A stretch of 20,000 bases of DNA from Chiloscyllium plagiosum (lineage: Eukaryota), in the NCBI RefSeq assembly GCF_004010195.1, contig NC_057756.1, positions 7,297,296-7,317,295 on the forward strand, written 5' to 3'. Position numbers and translations under genes: made by a program. The notes below the pieces were generated by a model that worked only from the letters and a program-made list of their open reading frames with translations, searched no databases and was not told the origin of the DNA. Shown piece after piece: positions 1 through 11,196 of the stretch (position 1 is its first letter; every line of letters starts with the position of its first letter).

Positions 1-28
1 CATTCTCTCACTCTCCTCTGTCTATGAT

Positions 29-392
29 GAATAGAATAGAATAGAATCCCCACAGTGTGCAAACAGGTGATTTCACCCAACATGTCCACGCAGACTGTCC
101 AACAGCATCCCACCCACACATTTCCTCCTCCCTTTCCTGGTCATCCTGCACTTCCTTTGCCTAATACACCTCTCCTATACTTCCCTGAACACTATGAGCA
201 ATTTGCTACGGTCAATCAAACTAACTTGCATAACATTGGATGGTGGAACAACACCAGTCCATCTGGCAGAAACTCACACAGACATGAGAAGAACATGCAA
301 ACTCCAAACGGGCTGCCACCCAAGGGTGGAACTCAACCCTGATCCCTGGTGCTATTAGGCAATAGTACTAACTACTGAGCCATGTGTCATCC
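29..392 (-). mobile_element. HE1-like tRNA-derived V-SINE, degenerate, with (TTCTA)n tail
   Basis: The reverse complement begins GGATGACACATGGCTCAGTAGTTAG (A box) ... GGGTTGAGTTCCACCC (B box). A V-domain-like GTTTGGAGTTTGCATGTTCTTCTC follows, and the (GAATA)n run at 29-47 on + is the 3' tail. Homologous to the copies at 7666 and 16144. Confidence 0.85.
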
Positions 393-1364
393 TGCGTTGC
401 TGTGTTTCTTCCTCTGGATTTTTGGATTCTTGCTTCAAGTTCCACCTGTGCCAAGAGTAGAGGACAATGCACTTGAACAGGTTGATTTAACTTGTAACTT
501 ATGCATCTGCAAATTGGGAAATCCCTTGTTTGTGGAGATCCTATGACTGATATGGTAGTGTCTTTACCTTTGGGGCGGAAGTCTGGGGCACAAGTCCTGT
601 CTGCTCCAGAGTGACGTAACGATATGTTGATGAGGAATATTGGGAAATAACATCTCATCCATTAAATTGCCCCTTTCTTAATTCTCAATGCGGTTGCCTC
701 AAAAAATCTCAGATTAAATCAGTTTATCTGACAGTTCCACGTATGCAATCACTTGATCCTATCACTCTTACTGGGTAGCCTCTGATACATGAGTTTATAC
801 ATACTGGACAATAAACATGCGCCCCTGCACTTTCACTGCAGTCATAATAAAATTGATAATGGCCAAAACTGTTCCAACAAACATGGCAATTATCCAGGGA
901 AAGCTTCCTGGGATTATTCAGAAAAGAAAGAACTCTGAGATTACGACTTGGTCGTGACATAACGTTTATCTGAATGAAAATCAACCTTCCTATAAACTAA
1001 CATGAAAGGGCATGGTTAAAGTTACTCTGTTTTACAAGGGAAGATGCTTGAGAAATCCTAAGATTGGAGATAATGCTTAGGAAAATTGCATTGAAATCCC
1101 AGTTAGGCTATTGGTGGAATTCAAATGTTAATATCATATTTGCGTTTGAAATATATTTCGGTTATGCTAAGCATGACAACCGGCATAGATTGATGGAGAA
1201 AGGTCAGGGAAATGAAACCTACAGTCGTAAGTTCATCTTTCTAATATGTGATTTCAGTCCCACAGTGACCTGTTTATTTGGTCTGACCTCTGAAATACAC
1301 CAGTAGGGGTCGTTCCCTTGAGTTCAAGTGGTTACATTCAATGAGGGGTGGACAGAATAAGTGC

Positions 1365-1720
1365 TGATGGATAAACTGAGAGTGGATTGGCTAGGAATTT
1401 AGTCACTGGACTTTAGAAGATTGTGATGTTGGACGTGGGTAGGAGAGTGTGATCTCATAGAAACCAATAAAAATTCTAACAGTGTTACAGAGCAAATGCA
1501 GGAAGATTGTTCCTGATGACCAGGCGGTCCAGAACTAGGGGGAGGGTAGTGCTGCTCATCATTTAAGAGTATGGGTAGGTTATTTCGGACTGAAATGAGG
1601 AGACATGACTTCAATTCGAGAGTGGTAAGCCTGTGGAGCTTCTGTCAGAAAAGTGCTTGAGGCCTAAACATTCAATATTTTCAAGCAGGAGTTAGATATA
1701 ATTCTCAGGTGTAAAGGGAA
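1365..1720 (+). mobile_element. CR1/HER1-type LINE fragment, C-terminal ORF2, degenerate
   Basis: GATCTCATAGAAACCAATAAAATTCTAACAG (DLIETxKIL), TCCAGAACTAGGGG (SRTRG) and TTTCGGACTGAAATGAGGAGA...AGAGTGGTAAGCCTGTGG (FRTEMRR...RVVSLW) are typical CR1 ORF2 C-terminal motifs. Boundaries approximate. Confidence 0.8.
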
Positions 1721-1759
1721 GAACTGGTATTTTTAGAAAGTCTAAGGGAGCTGAGTAAC

Positions 1760-1995
1760 TTCTCCCTCTCACCAAGGACAGGCAATCTTTGAAACACTCT
1801 TCCCCAGTGAACAGTTCACTTGGGCCATTGAATAAATTAAAAGGTTTGTTAAGTTTCTTTTCAACAAGAGAGACATGGTCTATGGGGTGGACAGGCAGAA
1901 AAGTGGAGTTCAGTCCAGAACCTGAGCGAACACGTTATGATTAAATCATACAGGAGAGTTGATAAACAAAATGGCCGACACCAGCTCGAATTCAT
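1760..1995 (+). mobile_element. Highly degenerate CR1-type 3' end fragment
   Basis: Weak similarity to CR1 3' ends elsewhere in the window: CTTTGAAACACTCTTCCCCAG..., GGTCTATGGGG...CAGGCAGAAAAGTGGAGTT, AAATGGCCGACACCAGCTC. Confidence 0.45.
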
Positions 1996-2217
1996 TAACT
2001 CAACTGAACGTCAGCTGGAACCATGGCCTGTAATTTTGAGACGACATTCTGACATCAAAGAGAACCATTAACATAATGACTACAATCATTTTAATGTTCA
2101 CAGGAGCGTTCTTCCACTTCACAATAATTCATTCCGATCACAACTAATAAGAGTAACAATTATTGCATTCAAACTTCAGAGAAGACGTTGAACCAGGCAA
2201 TATACATGCCTTAAAAT

Positions 2218-2423
2218 TGCACCTACAGAAAACAGATGAGACCAAAGCTTTGAATATTTTCATGAAGGAGATAAGTGCACTTCTTCTGGTTAAATGGATC
2301 AGAGAACATGTGGAGAAAGCAGGAACAAGGGACTCAGATAATCACCAGTGATCATATTGAATGGCGCAGCAAGCTGGAAGGGCTGAATAGGCCAAGCCTG
2401 CTCCTTATTGTTAATGTTCTATG
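2218..2423 (+). mobile_element. CR1-type LINE 3' end (end of ORF2 plus 3' UTR)
   Basis: GAATATTTTCATGAAGGAGATA...GGAGAAAGCAGGAAC...GATCATATTGAATGGCGCAGCAAGCTGGAAGGGCTGAATAGGCC...CTGCTCCTTATTGTTAATGTTCTATG parallels the 3' end of the CR1 copy ending near 10040. Confidence 0.75.
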
Positions 2424-2662
2424 CTCAGCATTTACTGTGATAGGGCTGTACACGGGTGCACCAGAACGTTCGAATAATATCTCTCAGTCGGTTGACTGGA
2501 ATATATCAACACTGAACATAATAATAGTTTCAAATATATATATAGATAATTTTAGCTTGACATGCATAGTGGAAAAGAGACTATGAATTTCTAAAATGGT
2601 TGACTTTTGTGACAGAATAAGCTGCTTCCAAATACTGCATATCAGAACATTCAGCGATATAC

Positions 2663-2939
2663 CTGTTGAATGGAGTTGGTACCTGCTGACACCAGCACCC
2701 TACACCTTCTCGGCCGTGTATGAGATGAGCTTTTTGAATCCAATGAGATAAGTCAGTCTCATGGAGCTCTGAAACAGGCCAGTATTCAATGTTCTGGGAT
2801 GGACCATAATATCTGAAGTGTTTCCTGTGATTTTCCCCCCCCCTCATGTTGACTGGAGGAATTAGCTCCGATTCTGCAGTTAGAACGAGGCCATTCTTGG
2901 AATTGATGCAGCTCGGACCAGACATTATTATGGTTGTTA
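2663..2939 (-). pseudogene. Possible degenerate exon remnant, Ig C1-set-like (speculative)
   Basis: On the minus strand there is an acceptor-like TTTCTGTAG| ending at 2940 and a donor-like ACAG|GTATAT at 2663/2662, giving 277 nt in phase 1-1. Translation with one frameshift in the G9 run gives TTIIMSGPSCINSKNGLVLTAESELIPPVNMRGG-KITGNTSDIMVHPRTLNTGLFQSSMRLTYLIGFKKLISYTAEKV*GAGVSRYQLHST. The canonical Cys and Trp residues are not in frame. Confidence 0.25.
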
Positions 2940-3054
2940 CTACAGAAACTGAACAAAATGGTTCAAATAATTATCCTTTTAATCATAAAGTTATAATGTT
3001 TATGTTGAAGAGCTTTTCTTCATTGATTAACTATAAGAAATAATGAAATAAATG

Positions 3055-3386
3055 TGTAGGATCCCCAGTGTGCAGAAAAAAGCCATCTGGACAATCAAAT
3101 CTGCACAAAACCTCTGAACAACATCCCATCCAGTTCCATCTCCCCACCTTCTGCCATACCTTGCACTTCCCGAGGCTAACCCAGCTGGCGTACATTACAG
3201 GGGTAGTTAGTGTGCCAGTACAAGTAAACTGCACATCTCCAGCAAAGAAACTGGATCACCAAAAGGAAACCCACTCAGATACGTGGAGAAGTGCAAACCC
3301 AGCACAGTAACCCAAGGTTGGAATCAAACCCATGTCCCTGGCAGTGACAGGCTGCAATGCTAAACACTGAACACACTGTGCCACCC
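3055..3386 (-). mobile_element. HE1-like V-SINE, degenerate
   Basis: The reverse complement starts GGGTGGCACAGTGTGTTCAGTGTTTAGCATTGCAGCCTGTCACTGCCAGGGACATGGGTTTGATTCCAACC (A and B boxes), followed by GGGTTTGCACTTCTCCACGTATCTGAGTGGGTTTCC (V-domain-like). Confidence 0.8.
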
Positions 3387-4109
3387 TATTCATTGATAAC
3401 AATGTACTTATTGAGGTTACTAATGTGAACTACCCCGGATCATTTCAAATCCATGTTGATCAGTCGAGTTTGAGACCAACTTCAGTAGCTACTGGAGCAT
3501 TTGATTTCGTTCCCAGCTTTCTCGACACAGATCACTATCTTTACATGATTTTCTGATGCCAGCAGACGTTACAGACTATAGAAGGAAGAGCCATTCAAGC
3601 CTCAGATTCTCTATTGGTAATCAGATAGGTCATGCCTGTTTAGCATTTCAATGTTGTTTCCACCATGACATCATTGGTATCCTAATTTTAAAAAATGATT
3701 TGGATTCGGTCAATCTCAATTTGCTTTGTTTCCTTTTCCAGTTGAGCTTAAACTCCACTGAAATGAAAAATCGAAGCTGACAGCTGCTAGGATGGTTGAG
3801 TCAAACGGATACTTACACAACGTGTACAGCCATCATGCACAAAGTGTCTGGAAACGGTTGAGAACCACACGGAATGCAAGCCTGACACTAAATATATGGC
3901 GTATATATAATGCTGTACCTGCATTGACAATGTAGCAAGGAGAGCTATATGGCATTTTGTTTTATTTTTAAGGCGGAATATTTTGTTATGCATTTATTTT
4001 TGAGTAAAGTGCACCTTTAGAAAATTGTATCAGTCCCAGCAGAAGCGGTATTTGCAATGATTGACACAGTTGCCTGAGTAATGAAGTAAACTGTCTGCAG
4101 CAGTTATAT

Positions 4110-4960
4110 TTCAGAGCATTTCGGAAGCAATTAATGCTGAATTGCACCAAGACTTGAAAATCTAAGCTTGAGCTGACAGATGGCAGGGGATAATTGCCCC
4201 ACACATATGCCAGGAAATGACCCTCTGCCATAAGAGACCATCTAACCATTGCCTTTTAACAATCAACGGCATTACCATAATTGATTTGCCTACTGTCAAC
4301 ATTCTGGGGGTTACCATTGACCCCCAGAAGTTCAGTTATATTTGCCATATAAATACAGAGTCTGCATGGGCAGTCAAGATGTTTCGAATACTGCAGCCAA
4401 TAACTCACCTCCTGACTTGCTAAAGTGGTCCACCATCAAAAAGAAACAAGTCAGGAGTATGGTGGAATACTCTCCACTTTCCTGAATAAGTGCATGTCCA
4501 AGAACAATCAAGAGGCTTGACACCATCGATGAAAAACGATCTTGCTTAATTGGCATCACATTTACAAATATCCACTCCATTCACCACTGATGTTCATTAG
4601 CACAAGTGTGTACCTACTACAACATGCAGTGCAGAAATCCACCAACATTCCATAACATGTTCAAAAACCACGAGCATTTCAATCGGCAAAGACTGCAGAC
4701 TGGGTGCATAGGCGTACCACTTCCTGCAAATCTCCCTACAACATCTTAATTCCTTGACTTGACATCATATCACCATTCATGTTGAGTCAAAGATCTAGTA
4801 ATCCCTCCCAAATGGGATTCAGAGTGTATGTACAGCGCATGGACTTCAGTGGTTCAAGGTGACAGCTCACCACCACCTCCTCAAGAGTAACTAGGCACGG
4901 ACAGAATAATGATAGCCAGCTAACAATGCCCAAATCCCACGAATGATGTAAAAATAAAAT
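4110..4960 (+). mobile_element. 5'-truncated non-LTR retrotransposon (CR1/L2 superfamily, distinct from the HER1-like copies); C-terminal RT region plus 3' tail
   Basis: Translations include LTINGITI-DLPTVNILGVTID...HIN and KQVRSMVEYSPL, with LDTI downstream, typical of the post-RT region of CR1/L2-group ORF2. It ends in CAGCTCACCACCACCTCCTCAAG...ATGCCCAAATCCCACGAATGATGTAAAAATAAAAT. Many stops and frameshifts. Confidence 0.75.
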
Positions 4961-5379
4961 TAGGATGTCGCTGTTGAATTCAGCTTGCACTAACTGACAC
5001 TAACATCTTTTTCATTCTTTTCAGATCGATTTGGGTGAGTCAGTGTTAGATAGCTCAGAAGGAGGCTATTATTCTCTGTCCAGGAATAGCGTGTAACATC
5101 TGACGTGCTCCCCATGTGGTTTTTTTCCCATTAATGTTCCATGTGATGTTTGCTGGGGGATTGGCTCTGACGATGCAGGTACAAGCCTCAGTCTTTAAAA
5201 TTATGCAGTTCAGACCAAATACTATTATGGGTTCATCTAAAGAAAAGGAGCAGATTCACATTGTCATGTTTGCAATCATCCACATATAATGTTTAGATTG
5301 TGGGGTGCATTCTATTTAACTAAGTGGAAAAGTTAATCAAATTATCACTGACAATTTAAATATTTATGTGTAACAACAA

Positions 5380-6260
5380 CGATGATCACCACTAATAGGG
5401 TGCTGTTGTCAAGCCCAAATTAAGAAATGTACAATATCAGGTCTACTGCAACTTGTTCTCTCATTGGTTATAGAACATGATCCTATAAATATTTATGAAT
5501 GTCTCATTCTGACTATCTTTTCGCATCTGACATTTGCAGCCTATATATGAAATTCCCTAAGAAAATCATTGTAGATTTCGGACAAACTCTCAGATGTCCT
5601 GATTTGTGTCCAGTCAACATGTTCTTATAGTTCAGGGTGTTGTAGGTGAATACCGCCAGTAATCTTTGTGCCTTTTATCATTTCTCATATGTTCCAATAT
5701 CTGTTCCTACGCCTACACTTGCTGAACCTAGGCTATTCCTCTCCATTGCTCTAACGCCATCATTAGAAAACAAGGCGACTAACTTACCCCACTCTTTTCC
5801 TTGTTCCTGTCATTCATAATTGTCCTGAACCCTTCGAGATTCATGTCTCAGTTCCTGTTATCATCGAACTATGTCTGTTAAGGCTGCCATGTCATACTGA
5901 TTCATTTATCCTCACGCTCTCAGATCATCTGCTTTGTTTCAGCCACTATCTTCAATCAGGTATAGACACTTCAACTTTACCCCTTTGCTGATTTATAAAT
6001 TTGAATCTTATGTGTTGGTTGACTCTTAAATTTATTTTCTTCCTTTCACAGTCTGTTTGTCATCTCCCGCATTAACATCTTTGCTTTTGACCCTAACTCA
6101 ATCTTTGATTTAATATATTGCCCAGGTTTGATATCGTCTCTCCATTCTGTTTTGAATCATCTGCACTTTCCTACCTGACCAGCAGCAAGAAAACCAGTTC
6201 CATCAAGTTGAGATACCGTTTGTCTCATTGGTACATAGGCAACTTTCAGTATTTCTGGTG
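5380..6260 (-). mobile_element. Very degenerate CR1-type LINE fragment, ORF1 end to AP-endonuclease N-terminus
   Basis: Minus-strand pieces read NKADDLRA...MNQYDMAALTD (APE motif I/II-like), MNLEGFRTI, a GK-GG-VAL-like segment and TMIFLGNF (GDFN-like), in the expected order. Heavily decayed, boundaries uncertain. Confidence 0.5.
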
Positions 6261-6639
6261 ACAGTGCCAACTCCTCATCTGCACGGTGTGTTAATTAGAG
6301 ATGAAAATACACATAGTGTGAAGACAATGATCTCCTGTGGTCAATAGTTAATTACACCTCGGTATATTTCCACCAACCAGAATGTCTCACTCCATAATGC
6401 AGATCCCATTTCTTAGCTTTGCAGGCACCCTGCAACCGTTGAATTAAGCTTTCTAATAGCTGTTTTGAAAGTTGCAACGCCGTTTCCGCATTGAAATGGG
6501 TCTAGAAGCAGTCTCTGGGTTTGAATTTAAAATGTTATCAATCAAACGGATCTCCACTGACCAGGAGGTGAATGGACTAGCTATATAAATACGATAGCTA
6601 CCAGCACCGGTCAGAGACTAGGAGTTGTGCAGCAAACCA

Positions 6640-7185
6640 GTGGGAATCTAAGGAAGTGATTCCTTGGACCCCTGCTGAGGTATTTGTATTGTCAAAGTCC
6701 CAAGTGAAGAGCCAGAAGACTGGAGGCTGGCTCATGTTGTGCCATTATTTCAGAAAGGTGGGAAGGAAACGCGAGGGAAATGTAGACAGGTGATTCTGAC
6801 GTCAGTGGTAGGCAAGTTATTGTAGGGACTCGGAAGGACAGGATTTATCGCTATTTGGAAAGACAAAGACTGAATAGGGAGAGTCAACATAGCTTTGTGC
6901 GTGGGAAATTTTGTCTCACTAACTTGATCGAGTTTTCTGAAGGAGTAACAAACAGATTTGTGAAAACAGAGCGGGACACATTGTCTAAGTGGACGTCAGT
7001 AAAGAGCTTCACAAAGTTCTGCATGGCAGACTGGTTAACAAGGCTAGAATCCAGGAGAGGCTGGCCAATTGGATTCGAAATTGGCGTGAAGGTAGGAATC
7101 AGAGGGTGGTAGTGGGTGGTTGTTTTTCACAATGGAGGCTTGTAGCCAACGGTTTGGCACAAGAATGAATGCTGGCACACTACTT
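6640..7185 (+). mobile_element. CR1-type LINE reverse transcriptase fragment
   Basis: PEDWRLAHVVPLFQKGGKETRGKCRQVILTSVVGKLL, then ESQHSFVRGKFCLTNLIEF (ORF track 6855..7112), are CR1 RT N-terminal motifs. Frameshifted. Confidence 0.85.
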
Positions 7186-7204
7186 CCCAATCCATGACTT
7201 CCTG

Positions 7205-7475
7205 TATTGTGAGGGACAGGAGTGGCACATACATGGAGCAACCACCATTGCAAGTTCTCTCAATCTATGCACCATTCAGAATTGGAAGCAGGTCACTGCT
7301 GAAGCAAAGGCACTTGGTCACATTATTGGTAACTGTTCCCTAACCTAGTTGCAAGTGGGTGTACTAAGCTCCAGGGGCAGCCACGGTTCAGAAAAGGAGT
7401 TGCTCCCTCTTTGAGCAGTGAAATCATGAATATTCAATAAATTTTCGTCCAGTAAGCAATGACCACATCACAGGC
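7205..7475 (+). mobile_element. Degenerate 3' fragment of the LINE family seen at 4110-4960
   Basis: ACATGGAGCAACCACCATTGCAAGTTCTC...CACGGTTCAGAAAAGG...CAATAAATTTTCGTCCAGTAAGCAATGACCACATCAC parallels 4705-4945. Confidence 0.5.
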
Positions 7476-7478
7476 ATA

Positions 7479-8391
7479 TAGTATGGATCAGTCCAGACCC
7501 CTTCAAAACATTTCAAGTAAGTTTCCCAGACCTTAACTTTGAAAGTTGTTTTAAGCAGGTATAACCTGGATATGCCTGGAGTGATGCAGCTAGTCCCAGC
7601 ACTTAGTTTTAAGCAAAACAGAATTTATCTGCAAGATTATCGAATGAAACACAAACAAAACTTATGGCAGCACGGAGGTTCAGTGGTTAGCACTGCTGCC
7701 TCACAGCACCAGGCACCCAGGTTCAATTCCAGCCTTGGGAAACTGTCTGTGTGGAGTTTGCACATTCTCCCTGTGCCTGCCCATGTTTCTCCCGGGTGCT
7801 CCGGCTTTCTCCTAAAGTCTAAAGATGTGCAGATCAGGTGAATTGGCCATGCTAAATTGACCACGTGTTAGGAGCATTAATGGATTTGGATGGCTTACTC
7901 TTAGGAGGGTTGGTGTGAACTTGCTAGGCCAAAAGGCCTGTTTCCACACTGCAGGTAATCTAATCTAGAAGATAACCAAATACAGAATAACTCAACATCT
8001 CCAAAAACCCAACAGATTATTACAACTTAACGATGCTGTTCCAAATTTGTGCAACAATTCCCATAAACAGCCCTTGCCAAAAAAAAAGGTAAGCTCAAAC
8101 AAAGGGTCTTAGAGGAGAGCGAGATGGCAGAGAAATTCAATATGGAACACCTTCTTCTATGTAGCTGTTTCTTTGACCAGCAGCTTCACTAGACTAATAA
8201 AACCATAACCAAACTGGAGAACAGCTGAGCTGGGAGAATTTGTCACTCACCTTTCATTGTGTAGTTTGTTTTTTAAACCTAAAAGCTTTTTCAAAAAGAT
8301 CAAATCAAACATTTCAGAACCCATGCCCCATAAAACACTTGTGAAAAAAAAACTGAGAACAAGAATATTGTTAGAATAGACATCGGGCACA
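7479..8391. repeat. Unclassified interspersed repeat, possibly an old solo LTR, interrupted by the HE1-like SINE at 7666-7967
   Basis: A-rich sequence reads continuously across the SINE (ACACAAACAAAA | AGAAGATAACCAAATACAGAATAAC) and ends ...CATCGGGCACA. It resembles a shark repeat by recollection only. No TSD found. Confidence 0.3.
7666..7967 (+). mobile_element. HE1-like tRNA-derived V-SINE with (TAATC)n tail
   Basis: GGCAGCACGGAGGTTCAGTGGTTAGCACTGCTGCCTCACAGC (A box), GGTTCAATTCC (B box), V-domain TGTGTGGAGTTTGCACATTCTCCC...CCGGGTGCTCCGG, and LINE-like tail GGCCTGTTTCCACACTGCAGGTAATCTAATCTA. Confidence 0.92.
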
Positions 8392-8514
8392 TTCCTGCTA
8401 TGGGTTATCTTTGCCCAAATGAAACAATCTCCTTCATCTTTCTTCCTGACTTGTTTTATTATAAATGAATATTGTTTCTTTGTCAGGTGGCCCCTCAATA
8501 CAGTTCTCCACGAA

Positions 8515-10040
8515 AGTGATAGATGAAAAGATAGTGAAGCCTTTGGTAGTGATCTTTTGATATCACTGGAGTCAGGGAGGGTCCTAGAGGACTGGAAAAT
8601 TGCTAATGTAATTCCGCACCTCTGTTCAAGAAGGGGGTAAGGCAAAAGATGGGACATTATTGTCCGATTAGCCTGACCTCAAATGTTGGTAAAATTTTTG
8701 AGTCCATTTTGAAGGATGAGATTTCTGAATACTAGTATATTGTAAAATAGGGCAAAGTCACCATGGTTTTATCAAGGGGAGGTCATGCCTCACAAATTTG
8801 CTAGAATTCTTTGAGGAGGGAATGCACAGATTAGACCAACGGGAGCCAATGAATGTTATCTATCTGCACTTACAAAAGGCCTTTGACACGGTGTTACGAA
8901 GGAAGCTGCGAAGTAAGAAAAGGTCCCATGGTACTAGAGATAAATTGCAAGCATGGATGGAGGATCGGCTGTCTGGCAAGAGGCCAAGAGTGTGGATAAA
9001 TGGGGATAAATGGGTCCTTCTCAGGATGGAAACCAGTGACTAGTGGCGTTCCATAAGGGACAGTGTTAGGACCACAACATTTCACTTTATACATAAATTA
9101 TGTGTTTGAAGGCACGGAGGGCATTCTGGCTAAGTTTGCATATGATAAAACGACTGGGGCCGGTAGTATTGAAGAGGTAGTGAGGCTGCAGAAAGATTTA
9201 GACATGTTAGGAGAATAGGTTGAATGGCAGATGAAATACAATGTGGGAAATTGTGAGTCGTGCACTTTGGTAGGAAGAATAAAGGCATGGAGTATTTTCC
9301 AGACGGGGAAAAAAATCAGAACTATGGAGTGCAAACAGACTTAGGAGTCCGAGTCCAGGATTCTCTTAAGGTAAACCTGAAGGCTGAGTTGGTATTTAGG
9401 AAGACCAGCACAATTTTGTCATTTGTTTCGAGAAGGCTAGAATATAAACGCATGGGTGTACTTCTGAGGTTTCATAAGGTTCTGATCAGAACGCATTAAG
9501 AGTACTGTGAGCAATTTTGGGCCCCATAGCTCATGAAGGATGTATTGGCCCTCGAGCAGGTTCATAGGAGGTTCATCAGAATTATCTCAGGAATTAACAT
9601 ATAAGGAATGTTTGAGGACTCAAGTTCGATACTCGATGGAGTTTGGAAAGATGAGGGGGAACTGATTGAAACTTACAGAATACTTAACAACCTGGATGGA
9701 ATGAACGTCGGGAAGCTGTCTCTGTTGGTCGGGGACACAGGGACCCGAGAGCAAAGCATTAGAGTAAAGGGAAGACCCTTTAGAAAGGAAACCAGGAGAA
9801 ACTTCTTTAGCCTGAAAGTGATGGATCTGTGGAATTCATTGACACAGAAGGCTGTGGAGACAGGTCATTGAATATAATTAAGACTGAGATAGATAGGTTC
9901 TTGATTGCCAAGTAGATGAAAGGTTATGGGGAGAAAGTGGGAAAATGGGCTTGAGAAACTTATCAGCTAGGATTGAATAGTGGACCAGACTTAATGGGGT
10001 GACTGGACTAATTTCTGCTCCTATGGTCTTACGGTCTTAT
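8515..10040 (+). mobile_element. 5'-truncated CR1-type LINE: RT domain to 3' tail, inactivated
   Basis: Motifs: EDWKIANV, QSHHGFIKGRSCLTNLLEFFE, VIYLHLQKAFDTV, TSGVP*GTVLGP, KFAYDK (FADD-derived), HFGRKN, DLGV, ELIETYRIL, RRNFFSLKVMDLWNSL. 3' tail TATGGTCTTACGGTCTTAT. Many stops and frameshifts. Confidence 0.92.
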
Positions 10041-10609
10041 TCAGGGTTCTCTCTGTCTGGATCTCTGGAACTGCGGTCAGTACTCACCTCTGTTTCCCGG
10101 TGTGGGGCGTCCCATAACCATGGAATCTATGGATTTCTGCCACTGACAGGCTAATCAACTGCACACAGATTATCTGAACATGGCCTGATGACTGCCAATA
10201 TATTCCAGGAAATATTCAGAGAACTTCTGTAACTAAGGACAGCTGAATAGGAACAAAAAAGTCCAGTGAGATCTGTAACGACAGCCAAATTAAATGATTC
10301 CAATAAATGACAGTCAAATGCTGTGTACTAAATCTTTAAAAATCCACCATTATATAGACATCAATGACAGTAACATACCTAATTTGATTGGCTCAACATA
10401 TTTTGAAGAGAAACCAGCTGCTTGAATGAAGTCCGAATTAAGTACCTGGAGGTCTTTCAGGAGAGTCTAAGGGCTACCAAAGGAGCTCAGGCCACGGTGA
10501 CCACGAACAATTCTTCAATTCTGCAAGGCCCGTTCAGTGCCATGTACCTTACATGGAAAAGTGGAGGGAGAAATCAGGAGGTTTTGTTGTGTTATGGATC
10601 TAAGGCATA

Positions 10610-10829
10610 ACGTTTTCAAATGGAGGCTGCTGTGTGTATGGACAAGATGAGGCGAGGAAGGCTGGTAGAATAACAACAATGAAAAGGCATGTGGACGGTA
10701 TATGAGCAGGAATGGTTTTGTGGGATATGCAGGAAAATGAGATTAGCTCAGGTAGGATATCCTGTCGGCTTGAATGAATTTGCCCAAAGGGTCTGTTTCT
10801 GTGCTGTATAATTTTATGACTCAATGATT
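10610..10829 (+). mobile_element. HER1/CR1-type LINE 3' terminal fragment
   Basis: ATGGAGGCTG...ACAACAATGAAAAGGCATGTGGACGGTATATGAGCAGG...GCCCAAAGGGTCTGTTTCTGTGCTGTATAATTTTATGACTCAATGA. The tail resembles the HE1 SINE tails. The segment is internally rearranged or partial. Confidence 0.7.
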
Positions 10830-11037
10830 TCCGCAATTAATTACTCACAGTTTTTTTTCCCCCTGCCATCAGGTCACTAAGGCTATAAGCTTTCACTTTG
10901 GTGCTTTCCAATGAAGTCTCAGACCTGAATAATTCAAATGCAATAGGGACTTAATATCTCAGTGATAACATATTTTCACAAACAAATCAGAAATAAGAAT
11001 GATGCAACTTTAAGATTTTCCTGGGAATTTGAAACAG

Positions 11038-11045
11038 TATAAAAG
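11038..11045 (+). promoter_or_regulatory. Candidate TATA box of the GPCR gene
   Basis: TATAAAAG lies ~87 nt upstream of the ATG at 11125, in non-repeat sequence. Confidence 0.4.
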
Positions 11046-11124
11046 AGTTTCTGAGCACATCAATACTGTGTTCAATTCAAAGGTTTTGGCTTCATCACCC
11101 AGGAACAGAACCTTCATATGCAAA

Positions 11125-11191
11125 ATGCTGCAGTCGTTTACCATTGTTGATAAAGTTTATTACATCACTATTGCTGTTATTGGCATCCCTG
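11125..11191 (+). pseudogene. GPR139-like GPCR pseudogene, coding exon 1 (short N-terminus and first half of TM1)
   Basis: ATG...MLQSFTIVDKVYYITIAVIGIP plus G (phase 1) matches the YY...IG(L/I)P-N TM1 pattern of GPR139/GPR142. It is followed by CTAAGT where a GTAAGT donor is expected. Confidence 0.8.
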
Positions 11192-11196
11192 CTAAG

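Noticed and set aside
892..914. Imperfect palindrome ATCCAGGGAAAGCTTCCTGGGAT
   Set aside because: It is short and imperfect, with no associated gene or element boundary, and is compatible with chance.
368..1306. Short ORFs 368..658, 724..984 and 1064..1306
   Set aside because: They show no recognisable domains or consistent splice structure, and their lengths are expected by chance.
2222..2240. Strong minus-strand acceptor (TGTTTTCTGTAG) as support for a transmembrane exon
   Set aside because: It overlaps the start of the plus-strand CR1 fragment at 2218-2423, so it may be coincidental antisense repeat sequence.
7666..7740. tRNA gene
   Set aside because: The A and B boxes continue directly into a V-domain and LINE-like tail, so this is a SINE head. 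The same applies to 330-392, 3315-3386, 11460-11549 and 16390-16459.
6640..9100. Two RT fragments starting near the same EDW motif as a local segmental duplication
   Set aside because: Their nucleotide sequences differ substantially and the flanks are unrelated. They are more likely independent insertions of different CR1 subfamilies.
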